Shown here: piece by piece, positions 28,327 through 37,080 of the stretch
How the letters are laid out: each line of letters begins with the position of its first letter
Position numbering within the stretch: the stretch's first letter is position 1
Assembly (NCBI GenBank): GCA_002238905.1
Contig: MPNG01000003.1
Location: forward strand, 34,121-98,120
DNA from: Alphaproteobacteria bacterium bin98
GTDB taxonomy: Bacteria; Pseudomonadota; Alphaproteobacteria; Bin98
Reading direction: 5' to 3'
DNA length: 64,000 bases
Notes under the pieces: generated by a model
What the model saw: the letters and a program-made list of their open reading frames with translations, nothing else
Told to the model about the DNA's origin: nothing
The model's database searches: none
Translations under genes and position numbers: made by a program

Positions 28327-29217
28327 CTATCTGGCATTTTGGTATAGCGCAAAAACTTTCTTGATTAATTCAACAGACTCGCCCCATGGTCGCTGAAAGA
28401 CATTTCTTCCCATAATGCTTCCATGCCCTCCACCATCAATGACCGCTTTTACGTCATCCAGAGCTGCCTCTTCACTCTCAAACGATCCACCAGAAAAAAT
28501 GACGAGTCTTTTGCCATTAAAAGCAGACTGCATGACCAACTTAACACGGTCCCTCTGAGTAGCATCTTTAAGACCCAAGTTGCTGTGTCGCGCAAGTGAT
28601 ACTGGCTGATCAGGAATCTTAACTTTGATAATGTGCGCCCCCAACAACGCTGCCATGTGTGCGGCATCAGCAATAACATCTACTGCTGTTGCTTTTCCTA
28701 GCACTTCTGGTCCACGTGGGTAACACCATACAACAGTGAAAAGGCCATTTTCTCGCGCCTCTGCAATAATGGCGCGTGCTCTCTCAAGCATATCCAGCGT
28801 GGTTGTGGCACCGGGGTAAATTGTAAGCCCAACACCAACACAACCTAAGCGAACAGCATCCTCAACGGATGCTGTTTCTGCTTGGTCTAAAAAACCACCA
28901 GGAACAAATAGTGTGTTGTTCGTGAGTTTTAAAATGAGCGGAACACGCCCGCAGTACACATCCGCAGCAATGCTCAAGAATCCTACCGGTGCAGCTAACG
29001 CACTCATACCTGTTTCGTCGGCCAATTTAAAGTGATAAAGCGGATCCATAGCTTCCATGTTTTTGGAAAAGCTTGTAATGGGTCCATGCTCAAATCCATG
29101 ATCTACAGGATATATCACTAATTTATTGGTGCCAGCAAGGACACCGTGTCCCAATACAGTCCCTAAATTTTTTTGGACACTCAAAGGCTCCGTTTTATAA
29201 AATTGCAACATCCCCAC
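28327..29217 (-). CDS. Class I fructose-bisphosphate aldolase (DhnA/FbaB type)
   Basis: The 296 aa protein has the DeoC/LacD-like TIM-barrel pattern, the Schiff-base Lys region HIIKVKIP and VIFSGGSFESEEAALDDVKAVIDGGGHGSIMGRNVFQ. Confidence 0.65.
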   Translation of the reverse strand: MGMLQFYKTEPLSVQKNLGTVLGHGVLAGTNKLVIYPVDHGFEHGPITSFSKNMEAMDPLYHFKLADETGMSALAAPVGFLSIAADVYCGRVPLILKLTNNTLFVPGGFLDQAETASVEDAVRLGCVGVGLTIYPGATTTLDMLERARAIIAEARENGLFTVVWCYPRGPEVLGKATAVDVIADAAHMAALLGAHIIKVKIPDQPVSLARHSNLGLKDATQRDRVKLVMQSAFNGKRLVIFSGGSFESEEAALDDVKAVIDGGGHGSIMGRNVFQRPWGESVELIKKVFALYQNAR

Positions 29218-29223
29218 TCCTTG

Positions 29224-30432
29224 CTATTTTTTACGATTGTCAGGAAACATAAAAATTGCCAAAACAATGCTTATTACTCCGACAATGCCTCCTCCATAAA
29301 ACATAGCACTATGTCCCAACTTTGCCCACACGAGTCCTGCCCACGAGCTTGCTCCCACAAGAGAGAGGCCGCACACTAAATACAAAACACCAAACGCTGT
29401 GCCACGCAAATTTTCGGGCACCACTCTGTTAATTTCTGCCGCCAAAAGTGTTTGGGTGGAGTAAGTTTGTGCTCCCCACAAAAGCATTCCTAAAAAATTA
29501 ACCCAAACATGATCAACAGCCAAACAAAGGTTGCCCGCCACCATCAAAGCAAAAACATTCAGAAGCGCACGCTTAATGCCAATTCTGTCACCTAAAATAC
29601 CAATGGGGTAGATAATAGTAATAGCACCCATACTCCACGCCACTTGTGCAAAAGGAATGAAGGAAGAAACCACATTATGATCTGTTAAACGAAAAATTAA
29701 GAAGGTTTCAGAAAAATGCCCCAAGTGATAAAATCCTGCTACACCCAAAATACGCCAGTAAATCGCCGGTAGACACTTAACCAACGAAACAATCAAAAGC
29801 TTTCCGGTTCTTACACGCGCTTGGGTGTGCCGAGGCTCTTTCACCAAAAACCACACAAATGCTACGGCCACAAAAGCAAACGCTGCACACACTGCGGCAC
29901 ACCGAGTCATTTCAGCGTGACTTGTGGATAGTTTTGTTAAAAAAGGAAGCGCCATTATCGCGCCCACCACAGAGCCTGTGGTTTTAAAAACACGCTGCAA
30001 AGAATATCCACGTGCTCGCAAATTTGGTGGCAGCGTTGCACCTACCATCACATCTCGAGGAACAGCCACAAATCCACTAAAGGTCCTTTGTGCACAACGC
30101 AAAATCAAAATAGAAGCAGCGCTCCACACCCAAATAAAACCCATTTGAGAAAGCCCAAGAAGCAACATGGACCAAAACAGAATAGGCTTGCGTGATCGCG
30201 CCGCATCCACAACGCTTCCCACAAAAATGCGTGACCCATACGCACACATCTCTGCAATAGAGTCGACCTGCGCCACCAACATCTCAGAGAGACCAATCAC
30301 ATCACGTGTGTAAAGGGGTAAAATGCTAAAAAGCCCTGCTGTAGAGGCATTCAAGAACAAGCCAGAAAATGCAATGCCATAGAAAGTGCTACTAAACGAT
30401 GAGTTCTTATGCTCCATAGAGAATGGTAGCAT
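29224..30432 (-). CDS. MFS-family transporter
   Basis: The 402 aa protein has 12 predicted hydrophobic segments and an MFS-like GxxxDRxGRK-type loop (GDRIGIKRAL). Confidence 0.6.
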   Translation of the reverse strand: MLPFSMEHKNSSFSSTFYGIAFSGLFLNASTAGLFSILPLYTRDVIGLSEMLVAQVDSIAEMCAYGSRIFVGSVVDAARSRKPILFWSMLLLGLSQMGFIWVWSAASILILRCAQRTFSGFVAVPRDVMVGATLPPNLRARGYSLQRVFKTTGSVVGAIMALPFLTKLSTSHAEMTRCAAVCAAFAFVAVAFVWFLVKEPRHTQARVRTGKLLIVSLVKCLPAIYWRILGVAGFYHLGHFSETFLIFRLTDHNVVSSFIPFAQVAWSMGAITIIYPIGILGDRIGIKRALLNVFALMVAGNLCLAVDHVWVNFLGMLLWGAQTYSTQTLLAAEINRVVPENLRGTAFGVLYLVCGLSLVGASSWAGLVWAKLGHSAMFYGGGIVGVISIVLAIFMFPDNRKK

Positions 30433-30510
30433 ATTGTCCCGCCACCATCAAGTTATGCACTGAGTTTGACAATCTTTATATCGGCAAGCGCTAGGCATTT
30501 TTTGCATTTG

Positions 30511-30539
30511 TTGACGCACCTATACTTTTCATCTATTAT
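30511..30539 (+). promoter_or_regulatory. Sigma70-like promoter, TTGACG-N17-TATTAT, upstream of the sHSP gene
   Basis: The sequence is read directly. A GGAGGG Shine-Dalgarno lies 7 nt before the ATG at 30559. Confidence 0.45.
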
Positions 30540-30558
30540 TCTCTTGGAGGGTAATTAT

Positions 30559-31038
30559 ATGTTTTTATTATGTTTTATTGCTTTTACGAGTCTTTCAGCT
30601 CATTCATTGTCGAGTCTTTCAGCGCACTCCGGTGTACTGGATTTAATGAACAGAAACTTCTCTTTTAACACCGAGCAAAGATATTCTTCTGTCATGTATA
30701 CACGCGATAGCAAGGGTGCACAGCTGGTAATAGACGTTCCAGGATACAGCAAAAACGATCTGACTATTACTTTAGAAGGCGACAACACCCTGGTAGTACG
30801 AGAAAAAAACACCATCTGTGATTCTTGTTTAAAAAAACCCTGCGCAAAGGGTGCAGACAAAACAGATAACCCCTTTGAGAAAAGGAGTTGTGACTGCAAA
30901 GAAAAAGGAGACAGTGTCCTTCACAGATTCAAAATTCCTGGAAACTCCAAAAAAATTCGCGCCTCAGTCCAAAACGGGCAGCTAACAGTAAAAATTGAGT
31001 TTAAAGAACCTGAGAACATTGAAATAAACCTAGACTAA
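30559..31038 (+). CDS. Small heat-shock protein (alpha-crystallin/Hsp20 family) with a signal-like N-terminus and a Cys-rich insertion
   Basis: The alpha-crystallin domain reads LVIDVPGYSKNDLTITLEGDNTLVV...RFKIPGNSKKIRASVQNGQLTV. The start is chosen at the SD-preceded ATG at 30559, giving MFLLCFIAFTSLSAHS (the track ORF starts at 30466). The insertion CDSCLKKPCAKGADKTDNPFEKRSCDC lies inside the domain. Confidence 0.65.
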   Translation: MFLLCFIAFTSLSAHSLSSLSAHSGVLDLMNRNFSFNTEQRYSSVMYTRDSKGAQLVIDVPGYSKNDLTITLEGDNTLVVREKNTICDSCLKKPCAKGADKTDNPFEKRSCDCKEKGDSVLHRFKIPGNSKKIRASVQNGQLTVKIEFKEPENIEINLD

Positions 31039-31042
31039 CATT

Positions 31043-31789
31043 ATGAATATATTGAAAAGCACCGCCACCTCCCTGCTAATGTGTGTGTGCATTATGCGCG
31101 CAGAAATTAAAAAAAACCCCATTGAAACCGTGTATGTGGGAGTATATGTAAGCGGCGGCCTTTCCACCGGCCTAATAGAGCCACATAAAGAGTTCTTGCG
31201 CAAAGCCAAGCTTTTTTCCGCCGACAGCACATCCAAAGACTGGTCTTGGGGAGCCATTGGTGGCGGATTTGGGCGCGTTGGCCACTCAGACAATCTTTTA
31301 GTGGGAGCTGGAATGGGTTACTTGGGCGCTTTTTCATTAAAAGGCACCATACAAGATAAGCAAAGCGCTGACAAAACTTTGAAAATGACCTACAACCTGG
31401 AAGGATTAGGCGGACCTATGTTGTTCTTTTCATTGGGAACACCTGTTGGTCAGCACGACTCTTTTCACATCTTTGCAGGAGCCGCAAAGCGCGGTGCTCG
31501 CTTATTTTTGGAGGTGAAAAAAGCTAAAGATTCCAAAAGCTTGGGATCATTTACTTCTGAAATAGAGGCAACCGGATGGACTTGCGGCCTTCGCTACATT
31601 AAGCCAATTTTCCACTGGAATTTGCCCCTTGCTTTAATGATTTCTTACGAGATGAGCGGATTCTTTGAGAAAAAAACCTTTGTGCAAGGAACAAATGCTG
31701 ACGGAGAGGTTCGTCAAATGCCATTCTTAGGCCTAAATGGTGAAGCATTTGCTCACACGATATCAATGGGCTTAATCTACATGTTTTAA
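31043..31789 (+). CDS. Outer-membrane beta-barrel protein (Omp25/Omp31/Msp-like surface antigen family)
   Basis: The 248 aa protein has a signal peptide, MNILKSTATSLLMCVCIMRA, and the C-terminal aromatic residue (..GLIYMF) typical of OMPs. Confidence 0.5.
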   Translation: MNILKSTATSLLMCVCIMRAEIKKNPIETVYVGVYVSGGLSTGLIEPHKEFLRKAKLFSADSTSKDWSWGAIGGGFGRVGHSDNLLVGAGMGYLGAFSLKGTIQDKQSADKTLKMTYNLEGLGGPMLFFSLGTPVGQHDSFHIFAGAAKRGARLFLEVKKAKDSKSLGSFTSEIEATGWTCGLRYIKPIFHWNLPLALMISYEMSGFFEKKTFVQGTNADGEVRQMPFLGLNGEAFAHTISMGLIYMF

Positions 31790-31795
31790 TGTTTT

Positions 31796-31869
31796 TGGGG
31801 GATAGTTTAGAGGCAAAACTCTCGACTCTGGATCGAGCGACCAAGGTTCGAATCCTTGTCCCCCAGCCA
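31796..31869 (+). tRNA. tRNA-Gln (anticodon CTG)
   Basis: The sequence is TGGGGGATAGTTTAGAGGCAAAACTCTCGACTCTGGATCGAGCGACCAAGGTTCGAATCCTTGTCCCCCAGCCA. The acceptor, D, anticodon and T stems all pair, the anticodon loop is CTCTGGA, and the CCA is encoded. Confidence 0.8.
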
Positions 31870-31877
31870 TTTCCTGT

Positions 31878-31953
<76 letters not shown>

Positions 31954-31989
31954 ATATTCAACACTCTCTTATTCTAGCAAACAATAACC

Positions 31990-33324
31990 ATGCGCAAAAG
32001 TACCTTTTTTATTATTCTTTGCCTTTTGTCTCAGCCACTTTTTTCTCGGTCAATTTCTTTGCTTATGGACACAGAGTGCCTCTATTTGCTCCGCGCATTG
32101 ATGGAGCCCATTACAAAACATTCACGCCTTACAAAAGATGACCTATCCATCTACATCATAGAAGATACCTCACTCAACGCCTTCGCCACCATCAACGATA
32201 CTATGGCTGTTTTTTCAGGCCTCATCGAAGCCACCACAGCCGAAGGGTTGCTTTCTGTGTTAGCACACGAGGTTGGCCATTTGCATGAAAGGCACATTAC
32301 AAAGATGCCAAAAATTAACTTTCTCCCTCTTGCCATGAGCGCCGTGCTAACAATGATGGGATTGCCAGTAGGCACAGCACTGATAGCCGCCGTCGATCAC
32401 CTGAATTTTTCCTACTGCATGCGCTACTCACGTGAACGGGAAGCATCAGCGGATCGCTTTGCCTTAACAGTTTTTCAAAAGAATAATTGGCCCACCAAAG
32501 AAACTCTCAAATTCATGAAAGCTTTTTCCACGCATTCCAAACACCACCCATACTTCTTAACTCACCCCATAGGCCGCCAACGCCTCCTCATCATGGAAGA
32601 TCATTTGGAAGATCTCTTTAACGTGAAAGACTTGGATGATCTGCCCAATCCACCTCTTCCGGAAGAGATCCGCATCCTTTGTCAAAGACTCAAAAGCAAA
32701 GTGACAGCACTGCTTCATCCCGAAAAATTCCTTACAATTAGCGCAGGAGCAACAGATAAGGTAACGCTTTATTCCCGAGCGGTTGCGCATATGCAGCTTG
32801 ATGACCACCTCAAATCTCGCGCTATATTAGAAGAGCTTTTAGCCCTAAACAACTCTCCTATTGAGCTATGCTTTTTGCTTCAAACATACGCAGGACTGCT
32901 GGCAGATATGGGTGAGATTAGTAAAGCCATCGAATACACAGAACAAGCGCTGAATGCTTCTTCACACGCAAATCCTTGCCTTGTTATGCAAAGAGCCATC
33001 CTTCTTTTGCAACAGCCCACACTTTGCCCAGAAAAGGCGCATGCCATTATTGGCATGCTAGAAATGAATATAGCAACCTCTCGCCAGAAAGAATTTGTGT
33101 TCATGGCATGGCATATTCTTGCAATGCTTTATGGCCGCTTAGGAAAAATTGTGCATGCAGAATACTGCTTGCTGGAAAAGTTTTTACTTTTGTGTAAGCG
33201 CTCTGCACGCATCGTATTGACACAGTTGGAAAGCAAAAAAGATCACCCCGATTACGCAGAGTTGGAGGTGAAGATCGAAGATGTTAGACTCTGCTTAGAG
33301 AAAATACGTGTACGTGTTCAGTAA
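31990..33324 (+). CDS. M48-family zinc metallopeptidase with C-terminal TPR-like region (BepA/YfgC-like)
   Basis: The 444 aa protein has a signal peptide and HEVGHLHERH (HExxH), followed by a helical repeat region. Confidence 0.7.
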   Translation: MRKSTFFIILCLLSQPLFSRSISLLMDTECLYLLRALMEPITKHSRLTKDDLSIYIIEDTSLNAFATINDTMAVFSGLIEATTAEGLLSVLAHEVGHLHERHITKMPKINFLPLAMSAVLTMMGLPVGTALIAAVDHLNFSYCMRYSREREASADRFALTVFQKNNWPTKETLKFMKAFSTHSKHHPYFLTHPIGRQRLLIMEDHLEDLFNVKDLDDLPNPPLPEEIRILCQRLKSKVTALLHPEKFLTISAGATDKVTLYSRAVAHMQLDDHLKSRAILEELLALNNSPIELCFLLQTYAGLLADMGEISKAIEYTEQALNASSHANPCLVMQRAILLLQQPTLCPEKAHAIIGMLEMNIATSRQKEFVFMAWHILAMLYGRLGKIVHAEYCLLEKFLLLCKRSARIVLTQLESKKDHPDYAELEVKIEDVRLCLEKIRVRVQ

Positions 33325-34012
33325 GCGCAACATTACCCATCTTATTCTAGGCACACAGCCTTACCCAACGCCGCCATCGTCTGCGCCAGAAATACCACCT
33401 TCTGCAAGCACACCAACTCAACCGACCCCTCTCACGCCAAAGAAAATACTAAAACCTTCCTCGATGCAAGATTTAGAGCACAACCTGCTTCACTGCGGGT
33501 CACACCTCAAAAAAGGCGCACAATCTTTTGTGTTTTCTGATGGAAAACCAGGAAATATCATGCTTATTGGCGAGGCACCTGGCGCACAAGAAGATGAACA
33601 AGGCAAACCTTTTGTAGGAAAAAGTGGCCAACTTCTTATGCGCATGTTTGAATGTATAGGTCTGCCTCGCAATAAGCTTTATATCACCAATATTGTACCA
33701 TGGAGGCCAGAAAACAACCGCACCCCCACAAAGCAGGAGATCTTGTTTTTCCAACCCTTTATGAAGCAGCATATTGCACTGGCCAATCCTCCACTCATTG
33801 TGCTGGTAGGAAGCACTCCTTTGAATGCACTTTTCCCTAAACCTGAGGGCATTACGCGAGTACACGGCACAACCTTAGAGCTATCACTGGAGGAGAAAAC
33901 GTTTACATGCATACCTATTTACCACCCAGCTTATTTATTGCGCAACCCATTTAAGAAAAAAGAAGCATGGTATGATTTACTGACCATTCAAGCAAAGGTC
34001 CTTACATGTTAA
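33308..34012 (+). CDS. Uracil-DNA glycosylase, family 4, with a Pro-rich N-terminal extension
   Basis: The protein has GEAPGAQEDEQGKPFVGKSGQLL and the HPAYLLRNP family-4 UDG motifs. The first ~60 residues are Pro/Ser/Thr-rich (PYPTPPSSAPEIPPSASTPTQPTPLTP). The start is uncertain. Confidence 0.65.
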   Translation: MYVFSKRNITHLILGTQPYPTPPSSAPEIPPSASTPTQPTPLTPKKILKPSSMQDLEHNLLHCGSHLKKGAQSFVFSDGKPGNIMLIGEAPGAQEDEQGKPFVGKSGQLLMRMFECIGLPRNKLYITNIVPWRPENNRTPTKQEILFFQPFMKQHIALANPPLIVLVGSTPLNALFPKPEGITRVHGTTLELSLEEKTFTCIPIYHPAYLLRNPFKKKEAWYDLLTIQAKVLTC

Positions 34013-34995
34013 TACTATTACTTTCCCTGCTTTTACAAACCAGCTTATACGCTCAAAAACACATAGGTGTTTTTCTGCATAAAAACACCTTTCCATCATT
34101 GGCAGACAAACAAGTTTTTCAAGCAACACAGCTTGCGTGCCTGGAGCATGAAAATGCTGATGTCACATGCCATTTTATTGATCTTGAAGAGTTTTGTGCG
34201 CATCCGCACGACTTTAAAGACGTCCTTTTACAAACAGCTGTATGGATAGGACCTCGTCGGTCTGAGGAAGCCATAAAACTGCTACAAACGTGCAAAAGAG
34301 TTTTTAAAATCACACCGCCTATTTTATCATTCTCCAACAACCCTTCTCTTAAAAAACTTGGCGCTAGACCCATAGGGCCTTCCCCTCTCATGGAGATCGC
34401 ACTGCTAATGCCAACAGCGTATGAACATTTTTCTCACCGAGTATTAGTGTTTACACCACGTCCATGGTCTGCCGCCACCATCGCCGCCGTTGTCACACAG
34501 GCACAACAAGGCTCTTTTTATTTTTTCACTTACGATAGCAATGATTTGGCCAACGCCACAAAACAGCTACATGACGCTCTTAAACAGTGCAGCCCTAACG
34601 TTTTTCTAGTGCCTTTTGGTGACAACACAACGCTGCAGCTTATGTCGGAAGCTCTTGCGTTTATGACAAAAAAAGTGGGCATTAAACCTCTCATACTTGG
34701 CACATCAGCCTGGAACGATGAATTTCTTAATGACGTTTCTTTGCGAGGTGCCATACGTTCCGACATTCCTCTGACGACTAAAGGGAAAAAGTTTGTTAAA
34801 ACATTTCAAAAACTTTTTCATGAAAAACCCTTATCTGTAGCTATTACCGCGTATGATACTACACACATTGCCATAGAAATGCTGCAAAATGGAGCTCAAT
34901 GCTCAGATTACACTTTTCAAACTTGTCGGGGGAAGATAGAATTAACCCGGGAGGGAGAGTGCTTGTACGAAATCAAGCTCCAGAAACTAAAATAA
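34006..34995 (+). CDS. Periplasmic protein with type-I periplasmic-binding-protein-like fold, hypothetical
   Basis: The 329 aa protein has a signal peptide, MLILLLSLLLQTSLYA. LivJ/LpoA-like PBP patterning is visible (e.g. AITAYDTTHIAIEMLQNG). No cognate ABC transporter genes lie adjacent. Confidence 0.4.
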   Translation: MLILLLSLLLQTSLYAQKHIGVFLHKNTFPSLADKQVFQATQLACLEHENADVTCHFIDLEEFCAHPHDFKDVLLQTAVWIGPRRSEEAIKLLQTCKRVFKITPPILSFSNNPSLKKLGARPIGPSPLMEIALLMPTAYEHFSHRVLVFTPRPWSAATIAAVVTQAQQGSFYFFTYDSNDLANATKQLHDALKQCSPNVFLVPFGDNTTLQLMSEALAFMTKKVGIKPLILGTSAWNDEFLNDVSLRGAIRSDIPLTTKGKKFVKTFQKLFHEKPLSVAITAYDTTHIAIEMLQNGAQCSDYTFQTCRGKIELTREGECLYEIKLQKLK

Positions 34996-37062
34996 ATGGA
35001 CGTCACACGCTTTATCAATAGTGATGTTAACGCATTGAAAACGGGCACCCCCAAAATTGCCCAAAGCCTAACCAAAAATGTTGGTCAATCGCTTATGGAT
35101 CTGGCACTACATTTGCCCACACGGGTACGGTGTTTAATTTCCACAGACACTTTAAACCCTTCACTGGAAGGCAAAACTGTCATGTTGAATGGCATCGTAG
35201 AAGGACACTTGCCACCTCGGCAACATAAAAGCCCCCATCAAATCGTTTTTTCTATTGGTGCACAAAAAGTCTTTCTCACGTTTTTTAACGGCAACCCTGC
35301 GATGTTTGCGCGTGCCTTTGCCCCTCGAAAACAACTTTCTATATCAGGCACATTACGATGGAAAGAACAATGGCAAATTGCACACCCAACTATCATTACA
35401 CATCCCGCAAAAGGAAAAGTGATTTGTCAGCCTTTGTACCCCATTCCTGAATCTATTCATCCACAGCGATACCGCTCTCTTATTGATGAGCTTTTGGCTA
35501 TTTTGCCAGGCGTTACAGAATGGATTCCCATGCATATTCTGCAAACCAAAAACTGGCCATCCTGGAAAGAAGCCCTGATACAGGCGCATCGCCCGAAAGG
35601 CGAGAAAGATTTATTACCCAACACAGTTGCGCGATCACGTTTGGCATTTGATGAACTTCTGGCGCACAATCTCTCTATTGGACTTCTCACATATCACCAA
35701 AAAGAACACCGTGCAGCTAAACCTTGCCCTCATAAAGAATCTTTTTTTCAAGATTATGCAGATGCCCTTCCTTTTTCTATGACACCCTGTCAGCTAGAAG
35801 CTTGTAAAACAATTTATGAAGATATGCTTCAGCCACGCCCCATGCTTCGCTTGCTTCAGGGTGATGTTGGCAGTGGCAAAACCGCAGTAGGACTCTTTGC
35901 CATACTGTTTGCAGCGCAAGGAAATTTTCAAGCAGCGCTTTTATCACCAACAGAAATTTTAGCGCAACAGCAGGCGCAAGTGATTCGACCTATTGCTGAA
36001 AAACTCGGGAAAACCTGTCGCATTCTCACATCGCAAACCCCCAAAAAAGAACGCAAGGATATTGTAAGCCTTCTTGCACAAGGAGAATTAGATATTTTAA
36101 TAGGCACACACGCAGTCTTAGAAAAAGACGTCGTGTTTAAAAACTTAAACACCGTAGTCATCGATGAACAACACAGGTTCGGAGTGCAACAAAGGCTGTC
36201 CATTGTGGATAAAGGGTTAGCACCTCACACCCTTATTATGAGCGCCACACCCATTCCCCGTTCTCTTACCCTTACACTTTTTGGAAGCGTACAAGTATCT
36301 CGCTTAATCACACGACCAAAGCCATTTCGTGTTAAAACAAGCGTTACACAAAAAACAAATATAGAAAAAGTTTACGCATCCATTAAAGCAATTGTAGCAA
36401 AGAACGAGCGGGTTTTTTGGGTATGCCCACTTATTGAAGAAACCGAGAAAACACACCTAACACCGGCTTCTCAACGCTTTGAGGACGTGCAAAAAGCCCT
36501 TCCTGATTTGCGCATTGATTTACTTCATGGTCGCATGAGCGGAGCAGAAAAAAATCAAAAAATCACAGGTTTTCGCAACGGAGAAATTGATTTACTTGTC
36601 ACCACCACAGTAGTGGAGGTGGGTGTAGATATTCCTCAGTGCAACTTAATGATTATTGAAAACGCAGAAGTCTTTGGGTTAGCGCAAATTCACCAGCTGC
36701 GTGGTCGTGTGGGTCGTAAAGGTGAGGATGCTCTTTGTGTATTACTATACCAAGGCCCTTTGAGCGAATCCGCACAAAAAAGGTTAGCGACCATTCGCAA
36801 CGAAACGGATGGATTTAAAATTGCAGAAGAAGATCTCAAGCTGCGCGGCGCAGGAGATGTACTAGGCATCAAACAAAGTGGATTGCCTCCTTTTAAGGTG
36901 GCAGATCTCATAGAACATAGTGACCTTTACAGAGAAGCGCAACAAATAGCACAAAACATTGTCACCAAGAATCCGTTTTTGGAAGGACCAAAGGGTGAGA
37001 GCATTCGCACACTCCTTTTGTTATTAAAGAATGATTCACTTAGTTACATCATGTCTGGATAA
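34996..37062 (+). CDS. recG: ATP-dependent DNA helicase RecG
   Basis: The 688 aa protein has GDVGSGKT (Walker A), DEQHRFG (DExH) and the helicase C motifs QLRGRVGRKG. Confidence 0.85.
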   Translation: MDVTRFINSDVNALKTGTPKIAQSLTKNVGQSLMDLALHLPTRVRCLISTDTLNPSLEGKTVMLNGIVEGHLPPRQHKSPHQIVFSIGAQKVFLTFFNGNPAMFARAFAPRKQLSISGTLRWKEQWQIAHPTIITHPAKGKVICQPLYPIPESIHPQRYRSLIDELLAILPGVTEWIPMHILQTKNWPSWKEALIQAHRPKGEKDLLPNTVARSRLAFDELLAHNLSIGLLTYHQKEHRAAKPCPHKESFFQDYADALPFSMTPCQLEACKTIYEDMLQPRPMLRLLQGDVGSGKTAVGLFAILFAAQGNFQAALLSPTEILAQQQAQVIRPIAEKLGKTCRILTSQTPKKERKDIVSLLAQGELDILIGTHAVLEKDVVFKNLNTVVIDEQHRFGVQQRLSIVDKGLAPHTLIMSATPIPRSLTLTLFGSVQVSRLITRPKPFRVKTSVTQKTNIEKVYASIKAIVAKNERVFWVCPLIEETEKTHLTPASQRFEDVQKALPDLRIDLLHGRMSGAEKNQKITGFRNGEIDLLVTTTVVEVGVDIPQCNLMIIENAEVFGLAQIHQLRGRVGRKGEDALCVLLYQGPLSESAQKRLATIRNETDGFKIAEEDLKLRGAGDVLGIKQSGLPPFKVADLIEHSDLYREAQQIAQNIVTKNPFLEGPKGESIRTLLLLLKNDSLSYIMSG

Positions 37063-37080
37063 AACGCATGCTACAATGCA

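Noticed and set aside
28167-28352. A 61 aa basic ORF (MRYTKMPDSEKKSYQKK...) spanning the dcd/aldolase intergenic region.
   Set aside because: It overlaps the dcd start and the aldolase 3' end, has no RBS, and its composition is driven by the A-rich intergenic sequence. It is likely spurious.
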